DNA of 64,000 nt, taken from positions 361,308-425,307 of the forward strand of contig CAYPNP010000002.1 of the NCBI GenBank assembly GCA_964412195.1, given 5' to 3'. Source of the stretch: an uncultured Acidobacteriota bacterium. Its GTDB lineage: Bacteria; Acidobacteriota; JAAYUB01. Shown one piece after another: positions 48,509 to 59,289 of this stretch. The notes beneath the pieces are model-generated. The model ran no database searches. It saw only the letters and a program-made list of their open reading frames with translations, and was not told where the DNA came from. The stretch's first letter is position 1. Every line of letters begins with the position of its first letter. The position numbers were made by a program, and so were the translations under genes.

Positions 48509-51500
48509 GGAAAAACTTCTCAAGAACGCCCAGAAGTTCGTCGCCCAGGGCAAGCTGGAGAACGCTATCAAGGAGTACGAGAAGATCCTGGAGGGCGAGC
48601 CGCACGACACGTCCATCTTGAACACCATCGGCGACCTGAACCTCCACCTCAGCCGGACGCAGACGGCCATCAGCTACTTCCGGCGGGCCGCGCAGAAATT
48701 CATCGACGACGGATTCTACGGCCGGGGCGTGGCGCTCTACCGCAAGATCGTGCTGGCCGACACCAAGAACCTCGAGAACGTGGAGATCCTCGCCGACCTC
48801 TTCATCAAGGAAGGCGTCGTTTCCGAGGCCAAAAAGCACTACGCCGAGATCGGGCGGGCCTATCTCAGCCAGAACAACTTCACCAAGGCTTACCACATCT
48901 TCAAGAAACTGGCCGACCTGACCCAGGACGACCCCAACATCCACCTGAAACTCGCCGAACTGAGCATCAAGATGGAGATGCTGGAGAACGCGCGGGAATC
49001 CTACCTGAACGCCGCGTTGATCTGCAGCCGCAAGGGGCTGTTCCAGCAGGGCATGAACGCCATCAAGATGGCCCTGGAGATCGATCCCTTCCACATGGGA
49101 TCGCTCAAGATCCTGTTCAAGATCTCCCTGGAACTGCGGGACTACAAGCTCCTCACCGAATACCTGCAGAAGGGGCTGAAGCAATCCCCCGGCAACCGGG
49201 AACTCCTCGAGATGCTCGGCCAATGCCAGATGTTCCAGGGGAACATCCGGGATTCCTACACCACCTTCGACACGATTTTCAAGGAGGATGAGAGCAAGTA
49301 TTTCCTCCTGTTCGATCTGGCGGAATCGGCGTTCAAGCTCGGCGAGTTCAAGGTCGCCGTCGAGGCGATCGGCCGGGTCCAGCCCATCCTCATGGCCCGA
49401 AAGGAAAACGTCAAGCTGATCGAGTTCCTGAAGGCGGTGGTGGACAAGGATCCGACCAACACCGACGCGCTCCAGAGCCTGTCCGAGGCCTACATCCACG
49501 TCAACGACAACTTCAACTACGTCAGCACGCTGGACAAGCTGATCGAGTGCCTGATGCGCGAACGCAACTTCGCGCGGGCCCTGGAAGTCCTGGAAAAGAT
49601 CCTGTCCATGGACCCGGGCAACGAGAAGTACCGGAAATACCACCGCGACGCGTTCGAAAGGGTCTACCCCAACGAGACCTACATCCCCTTTGGGACCGCC
49701 GCGGAGGATGCGGAGGAGGCGGAGGCCAGCTCGATCTTCGAGTTCGACACCACGGAGCTGTCCTCCGGCAAGGCCTTCTCCACCATGAAGGAATCGGACG
49801 CCGCGCTGGAGATCGAGCTCTTCCTCAGCTACGGGCTGAAGGACAAGGCCAAGAACCGGCTGCAGGAAAAGATCAAGGAGGACCCCAACGACGTGATCTT
49901 CCGCGAGAAGCTGAAGAACATCTACAAGGAAGAGGGGAGCCTCAAGCAGGCCGCGGATATCTGTTTCGAGATGGTCAACATCCTCACCCTCAAGGGGGAG
50001 CATGAGCGGGCGGCCGCGTTCCTCGAGGAAGGCCGGGGGCTGGACCCGTCCCGGAGCGACATTTCCATCCCGACGGGCTACCTTGACAAGGGGATATCCT
50101 TCCCCGAAGAGTTGGACACGTCCAACACCGGCTTCGAACTGCTCGAGATCGAGGACGAATCGATCGACCTGACGAACGATCTCTCCGAGATCCTGGTCGG
50201 CCACGTGGACGAGGAGCCCGCCCCGCCCCCCAAGGCGGCCACTCCGCCGCCGACGCCGGTGAAGGCGATTCCCGTCGGGCCGGCCAAGGAAAAATCCCCG
50301 CCCGCCCCCGTGCAGGCCGCTCCGGTCGAACCGCCGCCGAAGGAGAAAGTGCCGCCGGCGCCCAAAAAACCGGCCGCCGCCAAGGCCGCCCCGCCTCCCC
50401 AGGCAGCCCCGTCCTTTGAAGAGCCGACCCCGAAGTATGCCCCTAGCGCCGACATCGACACCGACGTCAGCCAGCGGCTGGAGGAGACTCTGAAATCGCT
50501 GCAGGACCTGGGCATTTTTTCGCCCATCCTGATGCACGAGAAGCCCGCGGAGGAAGCGCCGCAGGAACCGGAGATCCTGCTGACCCCCGAGTCTCTGATC
50601 TCGCATCCCGACACTGCCCTGCCGGAGCCCGAGATCGAGGAACCGGCCCCAAAGGCCGCGACTCCCCCGCCTCCGGAGGTGGTCACCACCCCCGCGGCCA
50701 TGGACAAGATCCTCGAAAACGCCCTGCGGGAAATCGATTTTTACATCAAGCTCGGTTTCAACGACAACGCGCGGGAGGAGCTGAGCAAGCTCCAGGCGAA
50801 CTATCCGGACCATCCGGAGATCGTCTCCCGCCTCCAGTCCCTGGCGCCGAAAGCGGCGCCGCCGGCCCCGGCCGAGCCGGAAATCCACGAGGAAGAGGCC
50901 TTCCCTCCGCCGAAGATCGAGATCCAGGAGATATCGCGGTTGAAGGACATTCCGGAAGAGGCCGCCTCCACGACGGGCCCGATGGTCGAGGAGATTGCCG
51001 CCGAGGACGTCAACATCGACCTCTTCAGCATGATCTCGGTGGATTCGGTCAAGGAGGAGACGGAGCGGCCTAGCAGCAGTTACGAGGCCCGCAAGAACCT
51101 GCCCGTCATCGACCAGCCGCCGCCGGAGCCCGAAAAACCCGCAGCTGCGCCGCCGGAAGCCCAACCGGCGGGCATCTTCGGAGACCTCGAGGCGGACGAA
51201 GTCCTGGGCAACTCGCTCCTGTTCGGTGAGGAGAAGACCTCCACCCAGCTGGGCGGGAACGGCCTTTTCCTGCCGAAGGAGGCCGAGGAGCCGGAGCACG
51301 CGGCCGGGGGCCCCAAGGGCAAGAATCTCTCCGCCATGCAGAACATCTTCGCCGACATCGTCGAAGAGGCCAACAAGGTCTTCATCAGCGACCAGGAGGG
51401 CGAGGCGGATTTCGACACCCACTACAACCTGGGGATCGCCTACAAGGAGATGAGCCTGCTGGACGATGCCATTTCCGAGTTCCAGAAGTCATACAACTTC

Positions 51501-51794
51501 ATCAAGGATCAGCCGACCTCCTCCCAGTTCATCCAGGCCTGTCACATGCTCAGCCTGTGCTTCTTCGAGAAGGCCCTGTACAAGTCATCGATCAAGTGGT
51601 GCGAACGCGGCCTCAACAGCAAGGGCCATGAGGACCACGAGTACCAGGCGCTGCGGTACGACATGGCCCGCGCCTACGAGATGATGAACGAACACAAGCA
51701 GGCCCTGGATGTCTACTCGGAGATCTATGCCGAGGACATCAACTACCGGGACGTGTCGGAGAAGATGGACGAGATCCGGAAAAAACTGACATAG
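48492..51794 (+). CDS. large (1100 aa) TPR-repeat protein with a central Pro/Ala/Glu-rich disordered linker, hypothetical
   Basis: Uninterrupted ORF with strong coding bias. TPR-like helical repeats sit at both ends, with low-complexity PAPK/PPAP repeats in the middle. Start overlaps the rnhB end. Confidence 0.7.
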   Translation: MVAINKEKLLKNAQKFVAQGKLENAIKEYEKILEGEPHDTSILNTIGDLNLHLSRTQTAISYFRRAAQKFIDDGFYGRGVALYRKIVLADTKNLENVEILADLFIKEGVVSEAKKHYAEIGRAYLSQNNFTKAYHIFKKLADLTQDDPNIHLKLAELSIKMEMLENARESYLNAALICSRKGLFQQGMNAIKMALEIDPFHMGSLKILFKISLELRDYKLLTEYLQKGLKQSPGNRELLEMLGQCQMFQGNIRDSYTTFDTIFKEDESKYFLLFDLAESAFKLGEFKVAVEAIGRVQPILMARKENVKLIEFLKAVVDKDPTNTDALQSLSEAYIHVNDNFNYVSTLDKLIECLMRERNFARALEVLEKILSMDPGNEKYRKYHRDAFERVYPNETYIPFGTAAEDAEEAEASSIFEFDTTELSSGKAFSTMKESDAALEIELFLSYGLKDKAKNRLQEKIKEDPNDVIFREKLKNIYKEEGSLKQAADICFEMVNILTLKGEHERAAAFLEEGRGLDPSRSDISIPTGYLDKGISFPEELDTSNTGFELLEIEDESIDLTNDLSEILVGHVDEEPAPPPKAATPPPTPVKAIPVGPAKEKSPPAPVQAAPVEPPPKEKVPPAPKKPAAAKAAPPPQAAPSFEEPTPKYAPSADIDTDVSQRLEETLKSLQDLGIFSPILMHEKPAEEAPQEPEILLTPESLISHPDTALPEPEIEEPAPKAATPPPPEVVTTPAAMDKILENALREIDFYIKLGFNDNAREELSKLQANYPDHPEIVSRLQSLAPKAAPPAPAEPEIHEEEAFPPPKIEIQEISRLKDIPEEAASTTGPMVEEIAAEDVNIDLFSMISVDSVKEETERPSSSYEARKNLPVIDQPPPEPEKPAAAPPEAQPAGIFGDLEADEVLGNSLLFGEEKTSTQLGGNGLFLPKEAEEPEHAAGGPKGKNLSAMQNIFADIVEEANKVFISDQEGEADFDTHYNLGIAYKEMSLLDDAISEFQKSYNFIKDQPTSSQFIQACHMLSLCFFEKALYKSSIKWCERGLNSKGHEDHEYQALRYDMARAYEMMNEHKQALDVYSEIYAEDINYRDVSEKMDEIRKKLT

Positions 51795-51804
51795 AAGCCC
51801 CGCC

Positions 51805-52083
51805 ATGCCTGCCTCCCCCAAATCCCCTTCTCTTCTCGTCAAGTACACCCTGGTGGTGTACGTGATCTTCTGCTTTTACGTGGGGAGCGCGTTGGTGGCC
51901 ATGCCCTGGATTTCCTGGATTTGGGAAAACAATTACTTCCTCTTCCGGTTCCCATATGCCAAAGCCCTGGTCCTCAGCCCATTCTTTCGGGGCGCGGTGT
52001 CGGGCTTGGGCATCCTGACCATCCTCATCGGGATCGAGGAAATCCTCGTCTATCGTCGATGGAAGCGGGGGCACCCCGGGTAG
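51805..52083 (+). CDS. small two-helix membrane protein, hypothetical
   Basis: Two hydrophobic helices and coding bias; lies directly downstream of the TPR protein. Confidence 0.4.
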   Translation: MPASPKSPSLLVKYTLVVYVIFCFYVGSALVAMPWISWIWENNYFLFRFPYAKALVLSPFFRGAVSGLGILTILIGIEEILVYRRWKRGHPG

Positions 52084-52174
52084 ACGGTCCGCCCGGGACA
52101 GGTCCCCACTTTTCCGAACGGACGGCCGGACAGGCGGACCTGCCTTCTTTCGGAAATCAATTCTTGCCAAGGTG

Positions 52175-53482
52175 ATGCACATGTCGACCATTCTGAAACA
52201 GATCCAGACCGGGAACGCGCCCGGATTCCTGAAGGAGATCGCCGCCCGCGAGGGCCGCGACCCGTCGTTCCTGCTCGCGGGGCTCCAGGCCGGCCGGATC
52301 GTCGTTCCGCAGAACAACGGGAAGACCCTCCGGAAGCCGGTAGCCATCGGAGAGGGGCTCCTGACCAAGATCAACGCCAACTTTGGCACCTCGCCCGACC
52401 ACGACAGCATCGAGGAGGAGTTGGAAAAGCTCCGGGTGGCCGTTCTCTGCGGATCCGACACGGTGATGGACCTCAGCACGGGGGCCCGCATCGTTGAGAC
52501 CCGTCAGCGCATCATCGACGCGTCCGACGTGCCGGTCGGGACCGTGCCGATGTACGAGGCGGCGGTCCGGAGCCGGGACAAGTATAAGGCTTTCGTGCAC
52601 ATGACCACGGACAACCTCTTCGACGTGATCGACGGCCATGGGCGGGACGGGGTGGATTTCATCACCGTCCACTGCGGGGCCACCCGGGGCGTGGTGGAAC
52701 TCCTCGAACGACAGGGGCGGATCATGGACATCGTCAGCCGCGGAGGGGCGCTCCTGGTGGAGTGGATGATCTACCACGACCGGGAGAATCCGCTCTACGA
52801 GCATTTCGACCGACTGCTGGAGATCGCCCTCCGCTGGGACATGACCCTCTCGCTGGGCGACGGCCTGCGGCCGGGTTGCCTCGCGGACGCCTCCGACCGT
52901 CCCCAGATCGGCGAACTGCTGGTCCTGGGGGAACTGACCCGCCGGGCCCGGGAAGCCGGGGTGCAGGTCATGATCGAGGGGCCCGGCCACGTCCCCCTGC
53001 ACAAAATCCACGAAAACGTGCGGATCCAGAAGTCGCTCTGCGAAGGGGCGCCCTTCTACGTGCTGGGGCCGCTGGTGACCGACATCGCACCGGGCTACGA
53101 CCACATCACCGGCGCCATCGGCGGTGCCGTGGCCGCCATGTACGGCGCCGACTTCCTGTGCTACGTGACGCCCGCCGAGCACCTCCGGCTGCCCACCGTG
53201 GAGGATGTGCGGCAGGGGGTGATCGCCTCCAAGATCGCCGCCCACGCCGCAGACATCGCCAAGGGAGTCCCCGGAGCGATGGAACCCGACATCGCCCTCA
53301 GCAAGGCGCGGAAAAGCCTGGACTGGGACGGGCAGTTCGAGCACGCCCTCGACCCCGAGCTGGCCGCGCGGATGCGGAAGGAGCGGCCGCCGGCCCAAAA
53401 GGAAGTCTGCACGATGTGCGGGGAGTTCTGCGCCATCAAGGCAAGCACGGAGGCCTACCGGCTCCTTCGGGGCAAGAAATAG
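52175..53482 (+). CDS. thiC: phosphomethylpyrimidine synthase ThiC
   Basis: ThiC radical-SAM C-terminal CxxCxxxxC (CTMCGEFCAIK) and conserved blocks throughout. Confidence 0.85.
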   Translation: MHMSTILKQIQTGNAPGFLKEIAAREGRDPSFLLAGLQAGRIVVPQNNGKTLRKPVAIGEGLLTKINANFGTSPDHDSIEEELEKLRVAVLCGSDTVMDLSTGARIVETRQRIIDASDVPVGTVPMYEAAVRSRDKYKAFVHMTTDNLFDVIDGHGRDGVDFITVHCGATRGVVELLERQGRIMDIVSRGGALLVEWMIYHDRENPLYEHFDRLLEIALRWDMTLSLGDGLRPGCLADASDRPQIGELLVLGELTRRAREAGVQVMIEGPGHVPLHKIHENVRIQKSLCEGAPFYVLGPLVTDIAPGYDHITGAIGGAVAAMYGADFLCYVTPAEHLRLPTVEDVRQGVIASKIAAHAADIAKGVPGAMEPDIALSKARKSLDWDGQFEHALDPELAARMRKERPPAQKEVCTMCGEFCAIKASTEAYRLLRGKK

Positions 53483-53491
53483 CCGGATCCG

Positions 53492-54235
53492 CTACCGGGC
53501 GGGAACCAACTCGAGAATGTAGACGGAGCAGCCCTTGTCCTTGTCCAGGATGCGGATGCGCACCGCCCCGGGTGAAGGCCCCGGCGGCAACAGCGACGCT
53601 TCCCCCCGGCCCCGCAAAACCCGCAGTTCGTAGCGTTCCTCGGGGAAGACCGGCCGGCCGGCCGGAAAATCATACTTGAGCGACAGGACCCCGTGGCCGC
53701 CGAGAGGCCGAGGAGTCACCTGCCGCCCGGAAATCTCGATCACCGCTTCGTCATCCACTTCGGCATAGAGGGACAGGATCACCCGGTCGGGCACCCGGGA
53801 GTGGTCCCGGTACGCTGAAAACCGGTAGAAGCCCGCCCCCCCGAGGTGCTGGTCATCCACGCGCACCACCAGCATGTAGGCGTTGAACTCGTCCCCCTGC
53901 CGGATGATCTCAATATTCCCCCGCCCCTGCTCTTTTCGGATCCACACGGGGAAGGCGGTCGGATCGATCGGCCGGAATGACTGGAATTTCATCTGTCGCA
54001 CCGGGCGGAGGGCCTCATGTTCCAGCAGGCACTCGCGGCCCCGGAATTTCAGGGTGTCCCGCCCGTCGACCATGCCCTCCCAGCGGAAGAGGAGCTCCGC
54101 TGCCGCCGATCCCGGAGGGGAGTTCCCGGCGGCAGGGTTCTCCGGCGGCGCCGGGCCGCGGCAAGCGGCCCCCGCCGCCAGCAGCAACCAAGGCAGCGTC
54201 TTCCAGAGAATGTGACGGGTCCGGTCCCGCGGCAT
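53492..54235 (-). CDS. hypothetical lipoprotein/secreted protein; start about +/-2 nt, placed at the internal Met (MPRDRTRHILWKTLPWLLLAAGAAC)
   Basis: Signal peptide with a lipobox-like AAC and good coding bias after this Met. The upstream 82 codons of the track ORF look like a GC-frame artifact. Confidence 0.45.
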   Translation of the reverse strand: MPRDRTRHILWKTLPWLLLAAGAACRGPAPPENPAAGNSPPGSAAAELLFRWEGMVDGRDTLKFRGRECLLEHEALRPVRQMKFQSFRPIDPTAFPVWIRKEQGRGNIEIIRQGDEFNAYMLVVRVDDQHLGGAGFYRFSAYRDHSRVPDRVILSLYAEVDDEAVIEISGRQVTPRPLGGHGVLSLKYDFPAGRPVFPEERYELRVLRGRGEASLLPPGPSPGAVRIRILDKDKGCSVYILELVPAR

Positions 54236-54270
54236 GATCGACTCCCAGGCGGTGACGGCGGCAGCCCGAT

Positions 54271-54474
54271 TCAGTACACCAGGTTCCGGATCGCCGTGTA
54301 GTACAGCCGGATCTCCTTCCCCGCCGGATCCCGCAGCACGAACTGCGGGCCGTTGGTCGACCGGCTGACCTCCACAAACTCCCCCCGGAACCGGCGCCCG
54401 TCGACGTGGTCCACTTCCACAAAACGCACCTGCCCCTGGAGGACCGGCTCCAACTTGGCCACCCACTCCAGCAT
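54271..54474 (-). CDS. small hypothetical protein (67 aa)
   Basis: Strong GC3 coding bias in this frame, in contrast to the overlapping 329-aa frame. Forms an operon with the lipoprotein gene. Confidence 0.35.
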   Translation of the reverse strand: MLEWVAKLEPVLQGQVRFVEVDHVDGRRFRGEFVEVSRSTNGPQFVLRDPAGKEIRLYYTAIRNLVY

Positions 54475-54595
54475 CGGCCACCTCGAAGATGGAACTCGGC
54501 GGGACGAACGCTCACCTGGCCCGCCGGCTGTGTCTCATGGTATCGGAGCGACCCGGCAAAAGCAAGCGACCCCTCCGCTCCGCCGTCGACCGGGA

Positions 54596-55627
54596 TCACT
54601 GGATCCGTCGGTACAAGCCGAGCATCCGCTCCGCAACCCGGGCCCAGGAGAACTGCTCGGCTTTCGCCCGCGCCGCGTCGCCCATCCGGCGGAGTAGGTC
54701 GCGGTTCTCGTCCGCCTGGATGAGCGCGTCCACCAGGGCATCGGCGTCATGAAGGCGCACCATGCGGCCGCACGAATCGTCCACGTAATCCCGGATGGAG
54801 CCGACCTCGGAGGTGAACACGGGCAGCCCGCAGGCCATGGATTCCAGCACGGCGTTGTTGGCGGTGCAGTCGTTGAGGGGCATCAGCAGGAGGTGGGCTT
54901 TCCGGTACAGTTCCAGAAGCTGCCCGTCGGGGACGCCGCTGTACAGGTGTACGTTGCGCAGGCCCTCGTAGTGCTTCAGGCACCAGTCGAAGGCGACGAT
55001 GTGGAACTCGACCTTGCGCGCCCGGAACTCGCCGAACGTGGCGATGACCTTCCGGATGGCGTCGACGTCCCTCAGCCACCACCCCACCACGATGCAGCGC
55101 AGGGGGCCGTCCCAGTCCTTCTGCCCGGATGGCGTGAAGAATTCGGTATCGATCCCGTGGGGCACGAGGTAGACGTTGTCCCGGCCGGTGAGGCTCCGGA
55201 AGAAATCCAGCTGGCTGCTGCCCACCGCGACGATGGCGTCGGCCCGGGCGATGCACGCCGGCCGGGCGATGGCGCGTGGGAACACGTCGGGAGGCTGGTG
55301 GAAGGTCGCCACGATCCGGTTGCGGCGCCGGAAGGGCACCACCCCGATGTTCCGGTACATGTTCTCCCCGTACAGGAAGTGGAAGGTGGTGCCGTTCACC
55401 AGGTTGAGGCGGGCCATCAGCTCGGTTTCCACGCAGAAGTACTCGAAACTGTACCACTCGGGATCGATGAGGCGGTTCCAGCGGAAAAGGCGCGGGTCCC
55501 GGCGGTAGAGGAAATGGAAGATCTTGCCCGGACGGTAGTGGGTGGCGGACATGTGGCGGGTGAGCTGGTCGTAGCCGGAATGGCCGGAGTGGTGGTCGAT
55601 CCGTTTGAAGATGTGCAGGATTTTCAT
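54596..55627 (-). CDS. family 4 glycosyltransferase (GT4, Glycos_transf_1)
   Basis: GT4 C-terminal EX7E-type region (LLMPLNDCTANNAVLESMACGLPVFTSEVG). Confidence 0.8.
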   Translation of the reverse strand: MKILHIFKRIDHHSGHSGYDQLTRHMSATHYRPGKIFHFLYRRDPRLFRWNRLIDPEWYSFEYFCVETELMARLNLVNGTTFHFLYGENMYRNIGVVPFRRRNRIVATFHQPPDVFPRAIARPACIARADAIVAVGSSQLDFFRSLTGRDNVYLVPHGIDTEFFTPSGQKDWDGPLRCIVVGWWLRDVDAIRKVIATFGEFRARKVEFHIVAFDWCLKHYEGLRNVHLYSGVPDGQLLELYRKAHLLLMPLNDCTANNAVLESMACGLPVFTSEVGSIRDYVDDSCGRMVRLHDADALVDALIQADENRDLLRRMGDAARAKAEQFSWARVAERMLGLYRRIQ

Positions 55628-55844
55628 GCGGCCCGGGTGTCCTTTCAGCCGTTCCGGGAAAATCGATCGCCCCTGGCGGCCGGTCCCGCCGGCATGATCC
55701 GGAGGGACCGGCGGGCGCGTGAAATTCCCGCGGAGCGATAGTATAATGGCCCGCCCGACGGGGTGTCAACCGGATCCGGGCCGGTGGGGGCCGCCAGGTG
55801 GCGCCTCCGGACTCTCCCGCGCCGATCCCATCCGTGGAGTGGAA

Positions 55845-57683
55845 ATGCCTCGGCGGCAAATACTGGCGGCGGCAATCCTGTTCCTGGTCCTGCCCGCCTT
55901 TCCGGCCGGCGAACAGCCGGAAGCGGAGGGGCCGGTGGAGACCGTGGTGGTGTCCGCCTCCCTCACGCCGGAGACCGCCAGCCAAGTCAACCGGGAAGTG
56001 CTGGTGGTGTCGGGCGACGAGCTGCGCCGGTTGCCGGTCCGCACCATCGACGATCTGCTGGCGTTCCTGGCACCCCTCGACGTCCGGCCCCGCGTGGCCG
56101 GAGGGCTGTTCGGGGACGTCTCCCTCCGGGGCGCCAGCGAGTCGGGCGTGCTGGTGTGCATCGACGGCATGCGCTGGAACGACCCGCAGACCGGCCACTT
56201 CAACCTCGAGATCCCGGTCCCGCTGGAGCTGATCGAGCGCGTCGAGGTGCTGTGCGGCTCGCAATCCATCTATTTCGGCGCCGACGCAGTGGGCGGCGTG
56301 ATCCACATCATCACCCGGCGGGAAGTGCCGCCCCAGGTGCAAGCCTCGCTCACCGCGGGGTCGTTCGGCACCGGCTCGGTCTCGGCCCTCGGCGCGGGCG
56401 TGCGCGGCCGGTGGAGAGGACAGGTTTTCGCGGGTGGGGCCCGCAGCGACGGATTCGCCTCCGACCGGGACTTCCGGATCGGGCAGCTGATGGGCGCGGC
56501 CCGCATAACCCACGGGCTCGGCTGGACCGACGTGTCGGCCATCCGCCTGGACAACCGGTTCGGCGCCGCCGGCTTCTACGGCCCCTATCCCTCTTACGAG
56601 CAGACGCTGACCGACGCCTTCTGGACGGTCACGGCGCTGCGCGCCGGGCCGTTCCGGCAGTTCCCGACGGAGTGCCGCTTCTCCCTCAAGCGGCACGACG
56701 ACGAATTCACCCTGATCCGCGAGCGGCCGGAGTTCTACCGCAACTGGAACACCACCCGGACGGCCCTCTTCCAGTCGACCACGCGGCTGCTCCAGTCGGG
56801 CGGCACGACCGTCGCCGCCGCCCTGGAAGTCGCCGGCAGCGCCCTGGAGAGCAGCCGGATGGGCCGCCATGCGGTCCGTCGCGGTTCGGCGGCGGTGGAG
56901 GTGCAGCAGGAGATCCGGCCCGGCTGGGTGGTCGAAGGGAGCCTCCGCTTCGACGAGTACTCTTCCTGGGGCGGCCGCTGGACCCCCGGCGCCGGCTGCA
57001 GCTGGTTCCCGCGGCCGGACCTGAAACTGCGCGGGTACTACGGACAGGCCTTCCGGGCGCCGACTTTCACGGAGCTGTACTACCAGAGCCCAGGCGACCG
57101 GGGCGATCCCGGCCTGGCCCCGGAGACGGCCCAGACTGTCGAGGCCGGCGCCGACTGGTACGCCCGGCCGGAATTCACCCTCTCCTTCACCGTCTTCCGC
57201 CGCTGGGACCGGGACATGATTGACTGGATCCGGCGGGACCCGGCCGCGCCCTGGCAGGCCGCCAACATCGGGCGGGTGGACGTCGCCGGATGCTCCCTGC
57301 TTGCCTCCGGGACCGTCGCCGGGGGCGTGCGTTTCCAGGGGGGATACAGCTGGAACGGCCTGGATCCCGGCGCCGTGGACTACCGGTCGAAGTACGCCCT
57401 CAACTACGCCCGGCACCACCTGTCGGCGCTGGTGACCGCCCCCCTCGGCCGTGCGACCTGGCTGAACGCGGCCCTGCACTTCAAGCAGCGTTCCGACGGC
57501 CAGGCCTACACGCCCGCCTACGTGGAGGTTCGCCATTCCTGGAGGGATTTGGAGTTTCTGGGCCGGATCGACAACCTGTTCGACGAGTCCTACGAGGAGA
57601 TCCCCGGAGTGGCCATGCCGGGCCGGTGCCTGGCCATCGGCGTCCGCTTCCGCCACGCTTTCGAGACCGGCAGCGGAAAATGA
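55845..57683 (+). CDS. TonB-dependent outer-membrane receptor (plug + beta-barrel), BtuB-size
   Basis: Signal peptide, a plug domain (VVSASLTPE...[10 protein letters not shown]...VSLRGAS...VLVCIDG), and a barrel ending in the aromatic C-terminal motif ([10 protein letters not shown]). Confidence 0.8.
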   Translation: MPRRQILAAAILFLVLPAFPAGEQPEAEGPVETVVVSASLTPETASQVNREVLVVSGDELRRLPVRTIDDLLAFLAPLDVRPRVAGGLFGDVSLRGASESGVLVCIDGMRWNDPQTGHFNLEIPVPLELIERVEVLCGSQSIYFGADAVGGVIHIITRREVPPQVQASLTAGSFGTGSVSALGAGVRGRWRGQVFAGGARSDGFASDRDFRIGQLMGAARITHGLGWTDVSAIRLDNRFGAAGFYGPYPSYEQTLTDAFWTVTALRAGPFRQFPTECRFSLKRHDDEFTLIRERPEFYRNWNTTRTALFQSTTRLLQSGGTTVAAALEVAGSALESSRMGRHAVRRGSAAVEVQQEIRPGWVVEGSLRFDEYSSWGGRWTPGAGCSWFPRPDLKLRGYYGQAFRAPTFTELYYQSPGDRGDPGLAPETAQTVEAGADWYARPEFTLSFTVFRRWDRDMIDWIRRDPAAPWQAANIGRVDVAGCSLLASGTVAGGVRFQGGYSWNGLDPGAVDYRSKYALNYARHHLSALVTAPLGRATWLNAALHFKQRSDGQAYTPAYVEVRHSWRDLEFLGRIDNLFDESYEEIPGVAMPGRCLAIGVRFRHAFETGSGK

Positions 57684-57723
57684 AGTGGATCCCGGCGGGC
57701 CGCATCCCCGCAGGATGCCCGCC

Positions 57724-58410
57724 TCAGTTATATCGCCGGGGATCGTCGCGCTTGGGCTTCCGGTCGGAGGTGTACACCTTGAATTTCCTCCGGTACCACC
57801 AGCCGCGCAACCGCAGCCAGTAGTACTTGACGTCCGGCAGGAGGGTCCGGCGCTTCAGGTACACGTAGCCGAAGGCGAGGCCACCCAAGTGGGCGGCGTG
57901 GGCGATGCCGTCCCGGGCCCCGGAGACGGAGAAGACCAGCTCCGCCACCACGGTGAGGACGACCAGGTACTTGGCCTTGATGGGCAGCACGAAGAAGAGG
58001 AGCAGCTCCCGCTCGGGAAAGAAGAGGGCAAACGCCAGCAGCAGGCCGTACATGGCGCCCGATGCCCCCACCACCGGGACGTCGGACCAGGGATGGATCG
58101 CGTAGCTGCAGAGGCCGGCGCCGATGCCGGTGAAGAAATAATACGAGACGAACCGCCGCCGGCCCAGCGCGCGCTCCACGTCGGGGCCGAACATCCACAG
58201 CACGAACATGTTGAACAGGATGTGCATGGGGGAGGGACCGTGGAGAAACATGTAGGTGACCAGCCGCCAGAGCTGGTAGCCGCCGGTGACCGCCGCCGGA
58301 ATCAGGGAAAACCACTGATCCAGCAAGTAGTATTTCAGAGTCCGGTCTACGGTGGAGAGCAGGTAGACGCCGAAATTCAGCCCCAGGAAGAGCTTCACCA
58401 TGGGGGTCAT
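57724..58410 (-). CDS. rhomboid-family intramembrane serine protease (second copy); start uncertain (58410, 58452 or the 58608 track start)
   Basis: GASGAMYG catalytic serine and the AHLGGLAFG histidine motif. Confidence 0.65.
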   Translation of the reverse strand: MTPMVKLFLGLNFGVYLLSTVDRTLKYYLLDQWFSLIPAAVTGGYQLWRLVTYMFLHGPSPMHILFNMFVLWMFGPDVERALGRRRFVSYYFFTGIGAGLCSYAIHPWSDVPVVGASGAMYGLLLAFALFFPERELLLFFVLPIKAKYLVVLTVVAELVFSVSGARDGIAHAAHLGGLAFGYVYLKRRTLLPDVKYYWLRLRGWWYRRKFKVYTSDRKPKRDDPRRYN

Positions 58411-58647
58411 CGCCGGTCCGATCTGGATGCGGGTTTCCTGTCCATAGCCCATGCGCGCCACTATACCCAAACCGCGCCCCCGAAACAAGGGGGGGCCCCG
58501 CCCCTGGCTGGGGTGCGTGGCGCGGAGGTCCCTCGCCGGCCTGCCGCAATTCCTTCTGTCCCCTCGGATTTTGTGTTGAAATTGGATGGAGGCTCCGTTA
58601 CAATCCACCCGTCATCAACAACAAGCCGGTTTCATGCAGGAGGAGAC

Positions 58648-58956
58648 ATGAGCGATTCGATGGAAGCCTTGGGCATGATCGAGACCCGCGGATTCACCGC
58701 CATGGTGGAAGCCGCCGACGCGATGGTCAAGGCCGCCAAGGTCACGCTGGTGGGTTACGAGAAAACCGGCGGCGGGCTCAACACCGCCATCGTGCGCGGC
58801 GACGTGGCCGCGGTCAAGGCCGCCACCGACGCCGGCGCCGCAGCCGCCCGGAAGGTGGGCGAGCTGATCGCCGTCCATGTCATCCCCAGGCCGCACGCCA
58901 ACCTGGACGAGGTCCTGCCCATCGTCCCCCGCGATAAGGCCAAGGCCAAAGCCTGA
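58648..58956 (+). CDS. bacterial microcompartment shell protein, BMC-H (PduA/EutM/CcmK type, Pfam00936-like)
   Basis: [54 protein letters not shown]...VHVIPRPH is the canonical BMC-H sequence. GGAGGAG RBS. Confidence 0.85.
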   Translation: MSDSMEALGMIETRGFTAMVEAADAMVKAAKVTLVGYEKTGGGLNTAIVRGDVAAVKAATDAGAAAARKVGELIAVHVIPRPHANLDEVLPIVPRDKAKAKA

Positions 58957-59009
58957 CCGGAGGGCCGCGCCCCGGCCCCCGCCGGGGCGCCCGCCTCCAG
59001 GAAGCCGCC

Positions 59010-59279
59010 ATGATCATCGGCAAAGTCCGCGGCACCGTGGTCGCCACCCGCAAGGATCCCAAGCTCGAAGGGAAAAAACTCCTGATCGTGGAGAAAATCA
59101 ACCCGGCCGACGGGTCCTCCGGCGGATACGTCATCGCCGTCGACACGGTCGGCGCCGGCGCGGGAGAGACGGTCCTGTGCGTCAGCGGCTCGTCCGCCCG
59201 GCTGTCTCACGGCATGAAGGACCATCCCGTGGACACGGCCATCATCGGCATCATCGACACCATCCAGTTCAACCCGTAG
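59010..59279 (+). CDS. bacterial microcompartment vertex protein, BMC-P (EutN/PduN/CcmL family)
   Basis: MIIGKVRGTVVATRK...LLIVEK...VIAVDTVGAGAGETVL is a BMC pentamer family sequence of the expected 89 aa. Confidence 0.85.
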   Translation: MIIGKVRGTVVATRKDPKLEGKKLLIVEKINPADGSSGGYVIAVDTVGAGAGETVLCVSGSSARLSHGMKDHPVDTAIIGIIDTIQFNP

Positions 59280-59289
59280 GGCCCCGCCC

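Noticed and set aside
52084-52174. TPP riboswitch upstream of thiC
   Set aside because: The 90-bp spacer lacks the conserved CUGAGA/ACCUGAUCUGGAUAAUGCCAGCG elements, and the upstream sequence is coding (TPR protein and a small membrane ORF).
53492-54481. Full-length 329-aa reverse ORF from the track
   Set aside because: The N-terminal 82 codons (MADAGVGGQVGAGPPG...) look like a GC-frame artifact and overlap a better-coding small ORF in another frame. The plausible gene starts at the internal Met with a signal peptide (about 54235).
55628-55845. Cobalamin riboswitch upstream of the TonB-dependent receptor
   Set aside because: No recognisable B12 box (GCCACTG-type) or GGGAA/GGTG core was found. 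The likely leader (about 95 nt from the TATAAT) is too short for the roughly 200-nt aptamer. Kept only as a structured leader.
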